DNA from: Podarcis melisellensis | Lineage: Eukaryota | Direction: 5' to 3' (one strand) | Assembly: GCA_964234715.1 (NCBI GenBank) | Contig: OZ174275.1 | Length of the DNA: 64,000 nt | Part shown: positions 1 through 64,000 of the stretch, one piece after another | Layout: every line of letters begins with the position of its first letter | How positions within the stretch are numbered: position 1 is the first letter of the stretch | Notes under the pieces: model-generated | What the model was told of the DNA's origin: nothing | What the model saw: the letters and a program-made list of their open reading frames with translations, nothing else | The model's database searches: none | Translations under genes and position numbers: made by a program

Positions 1-662
1 ATAATCCCATGATGCAGAATTAGATATTACTTTGGAACATAGAAAAATTCAATCCAAGATCAATCAAGATAATGGAAATATTATTTTTTGTAGGCGCAAG
101 AGTGCTGATATTAATGTAGAAAGCATTTATTTTTGATCCTTTAAATGTAGATCCCATAGCGGAATAAATCACATGTGGTCTTCAAGAATGGGGTGACAGC
201 TCCACTGCCCTCTTATATGGCAGCCCGAGATGGATTTTGTGCCAAGACAAAAATATTCTGTTAACCACTATGAATTACATTCCAGCACAACATTTACTTG
301 GGAGAAAGCCAAGCTGAATTCAGTGGGACTTAAAAATAGATAGGCTTGAGCTGCAGGGCATGTTGAACTATTTTCAGTAAAAAAAAAAAAAAACGCCTGA
401 AAAATAAGATGCTATTTAAACTAAAATGTGTTCATGTTGTATATGACTAGGCAGCCTGAATGTTATCCTTTAGTTCACTCTGGATTATATTCGATGTTAG
501 CCCTACTCAGAGTAAACCCATACAAATTATGGGATGTGGCAAGTTTAGGTCCATTTATTTCGCTCTACTCTGTGTATGAACTAGTTGGATACAAGCCCAT
601 GTCCTTTTAGTAGTTTAAATTGTGATCCTCCCTGATCCTTGATCCTCTCTCTTTTTTTTCAG

Positions 663-51278
<50,616 letters not shown>

Positions 51279-51311
51279 TAATTCCCCCACTTGTGGCTAT
51301 GTTGTACAGCC

Positions 51312-51397
<86 letters not shown>
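51312..51397. repeat. (CTTT)n tetranucleotide repeat in the 3' UTR
   Basis: Read directly; about 21 units. Confidence 0.95.
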
Positions 51398-52742
51398 CAT
51401 TGTCCCTTTCCTCCTCACAGTGCCTGAAAGTGGTTGCTTAGAAAGTAAGATATACCGTTGCATGCTTGTAGTAAAGAACTAGATAGACCACTTTAAGTAC
51501 TGGGTTGGGTTTTTACACACAGTGGTGCCCAGGAAGAAATGCATTCATTGTGAAACAGTGACAATCAGTCAGTTGCTTTGGGAAATTGCTTCTGTGAGCG
51601 CTGGGCCAATCCTACTCTTTCACACAAATAGTTTTTGTTCCGTTGCAGTCATATGAGTGGGATACAGGTTGCTGGCACCATCTGGGAACACCATGAGCAC
51701 TGCCTGTGGTTTAGTTTTGCTGACAGACAAGTGGGTTGGCAACTATATGTTGTGCTAGGCAGATACATCCATGGTTACCATCTTACTGTTGGTTTTCACA
51801 AAAAAGTGAATGTGTTACCAAAACAACCATCTAGTACAGAAGTACCCATAGCCTACTTTCATGACCTGCAAAAACCCGGTAAATATAGGGGCTAAAATGG
51901 CGGGACAAATTTACTAGGTGTGCCTGAGTGTGGCAGAGTCACAACAATTTGTTTTCCTGCTCTGTGGTTATTGATTTTAAAGGACATTAAATTAGGCCTG
52001 GGAACCATCTCTGGACCAAGTGTCTTAATATGTAAAAATATTGGAATACTACAACTAAGTAGTTGGGCTGCCATTTTGGCAAATCCTTTTCATATCTATT
52101 TGCCCCAGCCTACAACCACCCTAATATCTTAATGGAATGTGTGGCCATAACTGGATATATAGCTAGGACAAGAGTCAGGCCTAGTGGCCTATTGATCCTG
52201 TTCCTTACCAAACCTAACATGCGGGCAGCCCTGAAACTTGCTATCTTAGACCCAGTTGGGCCAAAGTCTTTCTCAACCTGAGATCTCTTTTCATGAGCAT
52301 TCTGAGGTTTGCACCTGGAATATCATACACAAAAACATGTGCTCTCTAAATTATGGCCCTCTTTTCCCTCATCCTGCAGTTATTCTGCTTCCCACACAAG
52401 CTGGAATTGGTTGTATGAAACAATTTAAAATTGCAGGATGCAGCTGAGAGTTAGTATGCAACATATGGGACTAGATTCCTACCTCGGTGATGCCAGATAC
52501 GAAAGTGGAAAGACTCCCCTGAGTTGGAATTGAATCTTCCAGCATTTACACCATAGGAGCTGAATACGGCCCACTGATTCTGCCAACATGTCTTCCATTC
52601 AGTGGCTGCTAGTTACATTGGCACTAGCAGAGCTGCTTTGTAACGCATACAAGGAGACAGCCTTTCAATATAGTGCACTAATATAATATGATACTTGGCA
52701 TTGGTGTGGAGAGAGATTAATGAGCCTTTCAGGCTCTTTTAA

Positions 52743-52776
<34 letters not shown>

Positions 52777-55700
52777 AGAAAAATAAAATAAGAGCATGAT
52801 GTTGAATACTGTGGGAGACAAAGCTGTATCTCTGTTTTGAAATCTGATGCAAGAGAGTGTCAGGCTGAGGCAGATGGGCACCCCTGTCTTAATTTCATGC
52901 ATTTCAATTAATAGTCTACTAGGTTTTTATTTCTGTTTCATCAAAATGCCTCAGTTCTCAGCATTTTGAAATATCTTAACATTTTGGCAAACTGAAGAGA
53001 GGGAAGAAAACGCAAGTCCTCATTTTAGGTTTGTCTCAAACATGTTTTCCTTGCTTTCCACTCTTCCGTTCACACTCTCTCCTTCTCAAGAAGCCATCAT
53101 ATAATTTGTGCCTAATTTTATATTCTTACAATAGTATGTATATCGTAGCTTCTACATAGAAAACAGTTGTTAGCGTTTAGCTCTGTAGATCATCTGTGTC
53201 TTTTGCCCCTGCTTATTTTCTTACAAAGTTCTTTATACAGCCTTTCGATGTATTCTTCTCTTTCAACCAGCAGGGTGAGTGAAGTACCTGAACCCTGAAT
53301 TTAGTCTATAAAATTGTTGCTATTAATAATTGTAAAATAATTATTACTATATACAACGCATAACTTTTCAAAGACAAATTCTTCCTCAAAACAACCACCT
53401 TGAGGTGTACATACTTTGCTTTTATACCCCTCCTTCCAAACCACAGTTATTCCAAACTCATATGCCATTAACCACCACAAGTTGCAGTGGTATAGGGACA
53501 GTCTAAAATGAGAAAGAGTGAGAATTGTGTTTCTTGGACATGCCACCCATAAGTGTGTTACTGCACACAGTACACCCCATAGCATTACGCTGCAACATGT
53601 GCAGTGATGTACAAGTATTAATCTTAAAGTAGTTTTAAACCTAACAACTAGATGGAAAATAGAGCTTGTAAGAATACATTCAACAAATGCCATAGAAATA
53701 ACCCTTTTTTGTATTGTATATGCACTATACATGAGGGAGAAAAATATGTCTTAAATAATTGGCAAAACTGTAACCTTTAGTATCCTCTTGTATCCTATAC
53801 ATGCATATATGAGGTTTTTAAAAGTGATTGGTGTTCCTGTAGTGTGTACTAGTGCTGTTATATGTCCCTATAAAATATCTTAGCAACCAGTGTAGAGATG
53901 GTGAGTTTTAGAGTAGTTTTGCCTGTTTCTTTCCCCCTCCTGGTGTTTGTAGTAGCCAATCTAATCGTACTTTCTTTCAGGGGACTGTTTATATCATATC
54001 TTTCCTTTTGCCTGTCTTCACATTACAGGGTCTCAGGTAAATCTTGAGTTAAAAGCTGTGTTTTGTAGATGTGCCGTTTTCATCCTGTCGGGTGGGTGGG
54101 GAAGTTTTTAAAATGGAAACTAAAATGACATAAACCTTAACGTGTGTTTTAAAATATTTAAGTGCAATCCTATGTGTGTCTACTCAGAAGCAAGCCTCAC
54201 GGACTTCAATGGGCCTTACTCAAAAGTTAAAAATGTTTCAGATTGTAGCATGCATATATAAACAAAACTTTGGGCATGATCCAGCCACAGTTAAGTACTT
54301 CCCATTGATTTCAATGGAACAGTTTAAAATCATGTTTAAATGGTTTCCACAGAAATAACCCGTTATAACAGTGTGCTTAATGGTGGCTGGATTGTTGCCT
54401 AGAATCATTTTGCTGAACTTTCTCTTCCATGGGGCAAATAGTGTTGCCAGTTCTTTGCTGCTGAAAGACGACTATGAGTCCTTGGGCAGCCAACATGAAG
54501 CACAAATTGCCATCAATTGGAATGGAAAATAGATTTTTAAATATTCTGCCTGCCCCATCCCTTTATTAGTTAGATAAGCACAATCTGCTGAAAACCTCTT
54601 CAAATGCTCCTATGAAATAATAGGGCATGTGTGAAGTCTCTTTAATTCCAAAGGGTGATGTTTCAAGATGTTGTGTGTGCCCTTAGAGAGGTCTTCCTTG
54701 GTTCCCTTCTGTCTTGAAAAGCTGACTGTGAACCTTCCACAAGTTTACCTGGCTTATTTCCGTGCTGGTGGAACCATTTGCCAGATGATTCAGTGGGCAA
54801 CTGCTACATTCCGGCATTCATTTCTTGTCTGAGCTGTGTTTTGGAGACCCACGTGTTGCTCTTGGCAAAAATAAATTTCATAAACATGAGTTAGAAATTA
54901 GCCTTTTACAAACAAAATAGTTTGAAACAGAATGGTAGGTAAAATGAAACAAAATCAACCAGTACTGTCTTGAAGAAACCAGTTTATATCAGGATAATTT
55001 TATATGGTGTTATGTTTACCTTCCTGTTAACTTTGTTTTTGTAAGCCAGTCCAAATCCATATACTGAATGTTGGTGCACAGATTTAATTTCTGCAACATT
55101 TTATTAGTATTTTAAAAACTTGCTAATCATGAACTCTTCTAAAATAGCATTCAAGGCAACATACAAAGTAAAATAATGATCAAACGAAAACATCAGCTGA
55201 AAACCTTCTGTTAGCCTTCTGTAGAGGGAAACCGAAGGTTTCTGGAGTAAAGTATGTACTACTTTACATTTTATTAAACATATGTACAACTGCGATAGTA
55301 GTCAAAAAACTAATAGGATATGTAATTTAGATATAGAAGCCCAAATATACAAGTTCTTCCCATTTTCTCCTGCAAGTGGGAAACATGCCCTATATGTCCA
55401 AGCCTTTTGGGATGGGTTATTTCACATGCTTTGAATACAGGAAGTCCCTTGCTGCATCCTTGACAGACAGGGGAGCCTCTTGGACAGCCACTACCAGAGC
55501 AGGCAAGTTAGAGCCAGCAACAGAAAGCTAGATGGACCAATGATCTGACTCAGTATAAGGCAGCTTTGCATCTTAATAATATATTTTCTATTGCGCTGCC
55601 CAAGTATAACTCTTTTCGTGGAAAAAAGTAGGTAATCCTTCTTGCCTAATACTTTGGGTTCATAAACTGAACCACAGCAGTCGATGTGGAAAGTAACCAC

Positions 55701-58336
55701 GGCTTCCTACAATTTAGAATGAATAGGGCACAGCCCTGCCAAAGTTAACCTTTTTTTTTCATCCCATTAATTACACTGAAAAAGCTAATCACGTGATTAC
55801 ATTTTTCCAGGTTCAATTAATAACTTCAGCTGAACTGTTTCTTAATATTCCACATTTCTTTAAAAGTTCATTTTCAAAAGAAAACCTGCTGCAGCCCTCT
55901 TGCACATTTGTTCAAGAACAAGCACCTGGAGGTTTGTAGCCTTACCAAGCCCTTTTACGTGTCCTTTTGCTAAGATAGGTTTGGCTGAACTGAAATAAAC
56001 TGGTGATCTCAAAACATGGCTGGTAGAGTTAGGGCTGAATCACTCGCCACTTGAAAAGCTTTTGTGAGCTGTGCACAACCAGAACCACATACCCAGGATC
56101 CAGCATTTGGCAATCACTATAAAAATATGTATCTGCAGGTGTGTGCGAGAGAGAATCTTGCTGGCTGTAAAAGCTTCTAGGCCACAAGCAGCTAGCCAAT
56201 ATGTACAAACATTTCAGATGATTTTGAAGGGCCACTATGACTCTGAGAAGTCGTATAAATTGGCACTTAATGCTGTAGAAATTCATACAGCTATTCTGAA
56301 ATACTCAGCTGGTCTGGAGAACTGCAGTGTGTGTAATCTGGAGCACATATATGCCGAAGGATACAAATATTACTTGCTTGCTTTGTACTGGTTTGTGGGA
56401 AATGACTATTTTTGAATTCACCCTATTTTACAAATGGTAGTAATTTTCCATTGAATCTGATGGCAAAAATCCTCTTGAAAGGAAAGCTTCAGTTGAGGGC
56501 GCTGAACATGAGCAGTCTAATTTTAGTTTCTGCCTAGTGCCTAGGGTACAGAATCTATAAATTTTTTAAAAAGAAAATCAGTCTTCACTGATCTAGTCGT
56601 TTCAATTAGAGCAAAAGCATTTGTTCCCTTTTTAAATGTATCAAGCGCAGTATTTCACTTTTAATCTACAAAACAAAACTTGGTTATATGATAATCAAGC
56701 ACATGCCATACCTGTGTGGAGTGTCTAGTAGTTATTGCACTTATTTTATGAGCACTTCCTGAACATTAAAGTATTTTAGTAACTGTAATTTTAAAAAATG
56801 TAAAAGAGTAAAAAAGAAAGAAAGCCATATTTACAGAAAAGTGACATATCTATTTATATAACTGATGACCTTGCAAATGAAAATACTAAAAACCTATTCG
56901 TAGATTGTCTTTGTGGCACATTTTGTCTAACAAATGAAGCAAACTTTTGAATAAGTCAAATGCACTATTGTACATTAAAATGATGCTTAAAGCTGAAATA
57001 TTCCACCTTAAAATTCCTTAGGGTCATCTGTAAAGAGTACCTGTGTGTTCGACATAGCAGCACTTTGTTTCTAAGAGGAGGGTTTAACAAAATGAACTTT
57101 AATTAGAAAAAAAAAAAACGGCTTGGAATATATTTAGGCCAATGTTTCATTTGAGCCAAGTTATTGTTTCTATCAGGTTCTGCTCCATTGATTGGATGCC
57201 TAGTCTGCACTGGGGGGAAAAACCGTTTCCTCTTTATTATGGTTTCTTTTTGCCATAAAATGTCATTTAGCATTAATGAGCCTCCCCTCCCCTCCCTCAT
57301 ACCTTTTTCTATACATGCACAATTATGTGGTTTATGGGCTTATAGTGGCCTCATACTAGAATTATTGCTTATTTCATGCAGATGCTGTTTTTTCTTTCCT
57401 ATTAAACTGCACCTTTTAGCAGGTTTTCTGTCTCAAATGAAGAAAGATGAGAATGGAATGTCAATGCTTTCAGTTGCAGGCTTGGCAGGTGTTCCTTTGC
57501 TACAGGGAGAGGTTAATTTAGCAGATGTTGTTCCTGCTGTACTACCTCTGTCCCTTTTAAAAGTGACTTGAATGAGATCTCACCACCGCTCAAGTCCCAG
57601 GATGTACAGTGGTGGTGTTTGCTGGGCTCCTCCCAGTAAGTGTTTCTGTCAGAAGTCCTTAAATGCTGCCACTAGCCACAATGTGTTTATGAGACTCTGT
57701 TTTCCTAGCCTGTAGCGAAACTTTGGCACATAATAAACTGTGCCTATTGAACTGCCTGGAACTTAGCATTCCACTGTAGGTTTAAGAAGAAGGGGAGAAA
57801 AATGCATTTAAGGTATTTATGGTTTCTGCCTTTGTGTCACCACCAGGCAGCTAATAACCAAAGAAAGAGAGCGAGTGTGTGCTTTCGATGGACTGAATTT
57901 AAAATGTGAAAGCTGGGCTGGACCTTATTGCTTGCAATAGTATGATTTTGCCCGCCATGTTTTAAATACATCTTCAGGTAACCATTTGCCTTATAGGTGT
58001 ATTTCATTGTTAGGAATAAAATTAGTGTTTGACTAGAATATATTGTTGTCCATCACCTAGAGTATATAGTGTATTTTGTGTCTTTTAGGCACTTTATTGT
58101 GGACCTATCATGGAATAGGTTAATTCTTAATTACTTGCGTAATGTCATAAATACTACAGGCATTCTATAGGGGTACTGCTGCCTATGGATAAAGATATGT
58201 ACCCTAATCAGGACATTATATTTTCTCCATGTATAAGCTAATGGGAAAAAATACATTATGTTTCAAAGGATGCATATCTTATATATCTATCTATCTTATA
58301 TAGCACCTATGATGATATACTATACATTATTCATTT

Positions 58337-58342
58337 AATAAA
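58337..58342 (+). terminator. Candidate polyadenylation signal AATAAA
   Basis: AATAAA followed about 30 nt later by tttgtatttatgtgt. Confidence 0.4.
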
Positions 58343-59379
58343 TCATTATTCTTGAGGCCCTACCTCAAATTTTGTATTTATGTGTATAAATGCAATTTAC
58401 TGTATTATATATTTGCTTATTATATTCTGATGTTACAAATTAGAATCTATCCTCTAATGTATGAGTTCAGGAAAAAAAGGAACCTAAATAAATGTCCAGT
58501 GTTTAAAAAATATGAATTGTTGTTGTGTCTACTAGATGATTCTTTGTGCTTGTTAGGAAACTTGAGTGGTGACCCAAAAAACAAAAATGATCCAGGTCTC
58601 TTAGGGGAATACAATTTATTGCACAGATGCAGGAGCAAATATCAATTAGATGGTTAGAGTCTTAATGATTAGGATGCTCTGCAGCACTTTGAATAATTAA
58701 TTACTTATCAAACGACTGATTGGATTTGTTTAAATCCTTTTATTGCATTAAATCAATCATACAGAATATTAAATAAAAATAGAGGAAGGAAAAGACATTT
58801 TGGATGGAAGACCATTGATGGAGGACGAGGCAGAGAAACTGCAATACCAAGCACACCTTGTTTGGATCGAAACCTATAGAACTCAGCATGTTTTTTGCCT
58901 GACTAAACATGCTTAGCATAATCTAAATTGCACAGTTCAGTTAGTCAAAGAGTGTTGAAGCAGTGCTGCAATCATGCCAATTCGAACAAATTCCAAGACC
59001 ATATATAACTAATATCTCATTGAAACCATAGCGCTTAATCTGCTTTTTTTTGGTGAGATATCAATCCACAGAAAACCCAATTGATGTTTGCTTAGATTCA
59101 GCAGGAAACAGCAGGTGTTCCCAGGGAAAGCAATGGGACAAAAGAAAAACCTCTCAGACCTGTGCCTCAAAATTGTGGGACAAGCAGAAGTATGGATGAA
59201 CCCTAAGTTTAATGCGCAAACTTTAATATACCGTAGTTACAAAATTGTTTTGGTTTCAGCAAAATTTAGAAGGTTGGATCCAGAGTGGCCCTTCTGCAAA
59301 TGGAAGGGCTCCTGCTGTTCAGAGAAGGGACAGAGAGTCAATGAAGCCTCCCATTGGAAGAAGCAGGCACTTTTCTCTT

Positions 59380-59780
59380 ATTCGTCCTGCACTGGCTGCC
59401 CACATATTACTGGGCTGAGTTCAGGATTTTGTATTAATTTGTGAGGCCCTCAGCAACTGCATGGTATCCTTGAGCTAAGGACCACCTGATTCCTTATATT
59501 ATTCCCCAATCACAGATCTTCAGGGACTCTCTGTTAGTGGTCCTTGATGGCCCAGACACTGGGCTTGTCCCCAACAGGAGCTGTGCATTCATTAATATGG
59601 GCAGAATTCTGTGGAATTCCCAGCTGAGATCAGACAGGTCCCCTCCCTGTTCAACTTGAGGAGCTTGACGAAGATCTTTCTGTTCCAGAAGGCATTTTAA
59701 GTAAGTTGTATTAGGCCTATTTTATGTTTTTATCTGTGATTTTTGTGTTGAACTGGCCTATAAATTCTGGAAATAAATAA
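59380..59780 (+). mobile_element. Degenerate L2 LINE 3' fragment
   Basis: ctgcactggctgccc (LHWLP) ... ctgtggaattcc ... ctgttccagaaggcatttt, then an A-rich tail. Confidence 0.55.
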
Positions 59781-61168
59781 CAAATTTAGCTATAGTTTTT
59801 CCTTCTAGACTAGTGTCATTCATTTCAGAATTCCCCTTGCTTTGCCTACCTCTAATGACCACTAGCTACAGTGGCTATGCTCCACCTCCATTATGCTCCC
59901 GAATACCAGTTGCTTGGAATGAAGGTGGACAGAGTGATGGCCTGATTAAACAGGCAATTCATATGTTCCTATGTAGCTGCTGTAAGTACTGGGATGGACT
60001 GCCCTGTACTTGAACCGCAGTGTTCTGAAATCTTGGTCTGGATCAAGGAATGGATGTTACATCACATAATCTGAAAAAAGTCTGATGATGAGACTTTTTT
60101 CTTTCTATTTAAACTTGAAGCATAATAATTATTTTATAACAGCAACCAACATTCCAGTAGACAACACAAGAACACAGTAAATAGAAAGGATGAGTATGGT
60201 AGTTATCCCTTCATACATGTAACAATATTTTAGTTTCCATTGCAGCCAGGAATACATCTATGCTTGGATAAGGCAGTTTCTATTTCTAGTATAGAATATA
60301 AACAATATAGTGAATTGTATTTGTTTTCTAAAACTGGTTTCAGGTGTGATATATATTGAGTGTGGAAAGAACTCCCAGTGTCATAAATTTTGGAAACAAG
60401 AAATATGTTGACTAGGTACAAGGCTTAGGGAACGTTCTATTGCTGTTGTTTTTTAATTAATTTTGTTCTAAACATTTATCATGCTTGAGAATTCTTATGT
60501 CGGAATTGACCCCAAGTTAAGCAACTAGGATTACAAAACATTACCTGATTCTGGAATACTAAACACGATTTTAATGCAGCCAATTTTCCCCCTGCCAGAG
60601 CCATGCACAATGCTATACAGTTTGTGTGTGTGTGTGTGTGTTTTATTATAGTCCTTGCTTTAAAGCTCTTTGCCCCTTAGCACCACACACCTGAGGATTA
60701 AATGCCGCATGGGATTATTTAGCAGGACAAACAGCTTTCCCTGTCACTTCTTTTAATGAGACCCACTTTCTTCTCTTATGAATCACTGACAGTGGTAAAA
60801 GGAAGACAAACAGCAGGTTGATGAGTGGCAGAGAAAAATGTGGCTCTAAACTGTCTAGGACTTTTTTCATCAGAAGGGGGCAGTTGAGAGGGATTAATGG
60901 ATGTTATTATATATGATAAATTTCTTCATGATTTTTTAAAATGAGCATTAAGGTGTCCACGGCTACGATGGCTGCTTAAGAGTAGCTAAATATATCAACC
61001 AGCAAAAAAGTGCAGCAAGTGAGGAGACAGTGACACATGTATGATTCCTGCAGCCAGCCTTTTTTCATCCCAAGTTAAAAGGCTTTCCCTGGAGAGTTCC
61101 TTTCACTGAAAATAAAACCATTTCCTTTTGGTAGGTATGAGAGAGAATGGGGACAATAATAATCCAGA

Positions 61169-61358
61169 NNNNNNNNNNNNNNNNNNNNNNNNNNNNNNNN
61201 NNNNNNNNNNNNNNNNNNNNNNNNNNNNNNNNNNNNNNNNNNNNNNNNNNNNNNNNNNNNNNNNNNNNNNNNNNNNNNNNNNNNNNNNNNNNNNNNNNNN
61301 NNNNNNNNNNNNNNNNNNNNNNNNNNNNNNNNNNNNNNNNNNNNNNNNNNNNNNNNNN
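61169..61358. other. Assembly gap (190 N)
   Basis: Run of N. Confidence 0.99.
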
Positions 61359-61857
61359 ATTTCTCCAAAAAGTTCTAGAAAGCATACCTGGTCCTTTTGT
61401 TTACCTACACAAAAACTGTGTTGGTGACACTGAGACACAAGCTGTGTATACACTCCTGTTTATTTGCCATCCAGTGCGCTCCCACTATTTGCTTGAGAAG
61501 TGGTGCACACATGATATTAGCCACAATCCATATACGGTATCTATCCTACAACTATCCTGCCATTTCCTATGAAATACTGCATTTTGATGCATTTTCCTCA
61601 AAACCAACTGAAAGGAATGACATTGCTGCGTTTCAGATTAGTAGTTTGTACACAGTCACAATGACCAAAGTCACCCAATAAACTAATGGCCAAATGGAAA
61701 TTTGAACCCGGGTCTCTCCAAACGAAGTCTAACCCTCCCTAACCTGCTAAACCTCACAATGCTTTGGGGTTGATTTACCACTCATGTCAGTATAATCAAA
61801 CACTAGTGTGACTTCCACCCACTAGTGTAAAAACACACCTTTAAAGAAGGATTTAAG

Positions 61858-62060
61858 GGGATGGGCAGAGATCAAGAGCACTGCACATACAGAAGACCCC
61901 AGGTTCCATCTCTTGTATTTTCAGGTAGGGCTAGGAAAGACCCTGGCTAATCCCTCTCTCCATGCCAAAATAAAAAAACCCCCAAAACCTTGGAAAGTGC
62001 TGCATGTTAGTGTAAACAATATGGAACCAGTTGGACCAATGGTGTGACTTGGTATAATAA
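61858..62060 (+). mobile_element. Degenerate tRNA-head SINE with CR1-type tail (related tail also at about 55465-55570)
   Basis: cagaagaccccaggttc...caggtagggct...ggaccaatggtgtgacttggtataa. Confidence 0.55.
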
Positions 62061-63466
62061 CTCAGTGAAGTGTGTAGAGCTTTACATGCAAAAGATCCCA
62101 AGGAACATTGAATTAAGGCTGAGTTAAGGATTCCTATCTGAACTCCTGGACAATCACTTCCAGTCAATGAAGACAATATTGGGTCGGATTCATCAATGGC
62201 TTTGAGGCTTTTTCTACAATCAAGTGGCATATAAATTTTATGAAATAAAATAAATAAAATGGCCTGACTTCGTAAAGGCAGCTTCTTATGTTCCTCTTCC
62301 CCGCCTTGTACTGTGACTTTTGAAACCATCACATTATGACTTCAGTTGTGGACATCATAAGTCTTTCCCAATTTGTTGGAAAAAAACATATATTCAAATG
62401 TATACAATTGATACTGGCCTCTGTAGAATCCTAGCTCTGCACACCAGCAGTTCCATCACACAGAGAATATAAAATGGGGGCTATATTGCCTAAGTAAACC
62501 AAACCAGTGAGACATGGAGAAGGTGAGGCTATCCACAAATGTTACACAAAGATAGAATCAAAAGGTTGGAAGGTCTCTAGAAGTCACCTAGTCCAACCAC
62601 CTAGTGAAGAAAGTCCACTGCTGCAACATCCCTAATAGGTGGATGCTTAGAGATCTCTTTGCCATATTTTCCTGACAGGGATGTTTTGCCTCATGACTGG
62701 CTGAAATGTGTAACTACGTAGATGCTGCTTTCCCCAACACTGATTTCCATAAGGCAACCCTCAACAGGGATAGGATTATGAAGGACTGCAAACAAGTATT
62801 GTTCCTCGACTTCCCACTCAATCGATGAATATTGTTTCTCTACCTTTAACACTAGGCTTGGGGTGGGGGAATTGAACTAGTGAAGCTTCTCCTAATAAGG
62901 AGATAAATTGGTGGTGGTGGGAAACATCTTCGCCTCTTAATTTCTTTACATCAGCCTGTCCTGAAAACTACAGGAGGAAGGCCAGGAAAAGGTGGCAAGA
63001 TCGGATAATTTTCAGGGCCAGACAACCCTAGGGAACATACAGCTGACAGAACGGAACTTGCTAAGGCACCTGTCCCTTTAAGAGAAGCCCAGGAAGGAAA
63101 ATTCCTCCAGGTGCAGTTTCTCCCATTATTGCAAACTATGATGAGAAAGGCAACACCTGTTGAAATTCTTTTAAGAGAGGCCTCTCAAAAGAGCTGCTGA
63201 GGTAAGGAGATGGATTCTCACTGCTCAATTTGCTATGGAGGAAGTGGGGAAAGGCAGGGTGAACTCTGGGCCAGAAACCAAATGCCATGGTGGATAGGAG
63301 CACCAGGCTTGGCTTTGTCTTCATTCTCTGTACATGGCTAAATAGAAAAGATCCGAGGAGGAACACATGCCAAGGGACTCATGGTTAGGTAGAAGAGGCA
63401 GAAACCTGAGGGGAAAGGAGGCACAGGAAACAGTATAAGCTGCCGCCACATAACCATTTTGCTATA

Positions 63467-63698
63467 CTGTGGTACCTCAGGTTAAGTACTTAATTCATTC
63501 CGGAGGTCCATTCTTAACCTGAAACTGTTCTTAACCTGAAGCACCACTTTAGCTAATTGGGCCTCCTGCTGCCACTGCACCGATTTCTGTTCTCATCCTG
63601 AAGCAAAGTTCTTAACCTGAAGCACTATTTCTGGGTTAGCGGAGTCTGTAACCTGAAGCGTATGTAACCTGAAGTGTATATGGCCTGAGGTACCACTG
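63467..63698. mobile_element. Tc1/mariner MITE, copy 3
   Basis: TA-CTGTGGTACCTCAGGTTA ... CCTGAGGTACCACTG-TA; interior closely matches copy 1. Confidence 0.9.
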
Positions 63699-64000
63699 TA
63701 GTCATGGGCATTCACCTCAACCCAAACTGTGGAGGAGTGTGCATGCAAAGCCCATCCCAAACATGATTTAGACCAAACTTTAAAGAAAGTTTAGGAACTG
63801 TGGGCAAGTTGTCTTTCCGCAATTAAGATTTTCTTCTGAGGCCCTTCTCCAGGTTTCCCTGTCATTTGAGGCAAGGTGGGCGAGGAACACAAAGAAGTCT
63901 TTTAATTGGAATGGAAATGTTAATGTTGAAGGGTTTTATATAAATGCTTAAGATAAATTCCAAGCCCATTCTCTGAAACTGAAAACATACTGCTACTACT

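Larger units (their letters stand above)
51279..58365 (+). other. SLC6A5: Putative long 3' UTR of SLC6A5 (3' end uncertain)
   Basis: AT-rich, relatively transposon-poor stretch after the stop codon, ending at an AATAAA with a downstream GU/U-rich tract. Earlier AATAAA hexamers also occur. Confidence 0.45.

Noticed and set aside
61065-61572. ORFs spanning poly-X
   Set aside because: Artefacts of the 190-N gap.
58400-64000. Start of the next gene (NELL1 by mammalian synteny)
   Set aside because: No CpG island, signal-peptide exon or recognisable coding sequence is visible here.

Overview
Vertebrate genomic DNA, most likely a lacertid lizard judging by the SINE and MITE families. The window holds the 3' two-thirds of one + strand gene, SLC6A5 (GlyT2, the presynaptic Na+/Cl- glycine transporter). 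Twelve coding exons run from 663 to the stop codon at 51278. All are GT-AG flanked, with lengths 174, 142, 133, 135, 104, 125, 113, 132, 100, 101, 168 and 156 nt, matching exons 5-16 of the human gene as I recall it. They splice into one open frame ending ...KDFELETQC*. Exons 1-4 lie upstream of the window. A long AT-rich 3' UTR probably follows, with the best polyA signal at about 58337. The rest is intron or intergenic DNA filled with Tc1/mariner and hAT MITEs, tRNA- and 5S-derived SINEs, L2, CR1 and RTE-X LINE fragments, a probable solo LTR, microsatellites and a 190-N assembly gap. I found no convincing new multi-gene system. The best leads are an internally deleted DD41D/rosa-like mariner with perfect 31-bp TIRs, a hAT MITE family carrying TTAGGG units, a triple-hairpin transposon remnant, an RFX/NF-Y/ETS motif cluster in intron 13, and a Cys-to-Leu codon rotation in the conserved NNCYR motif.
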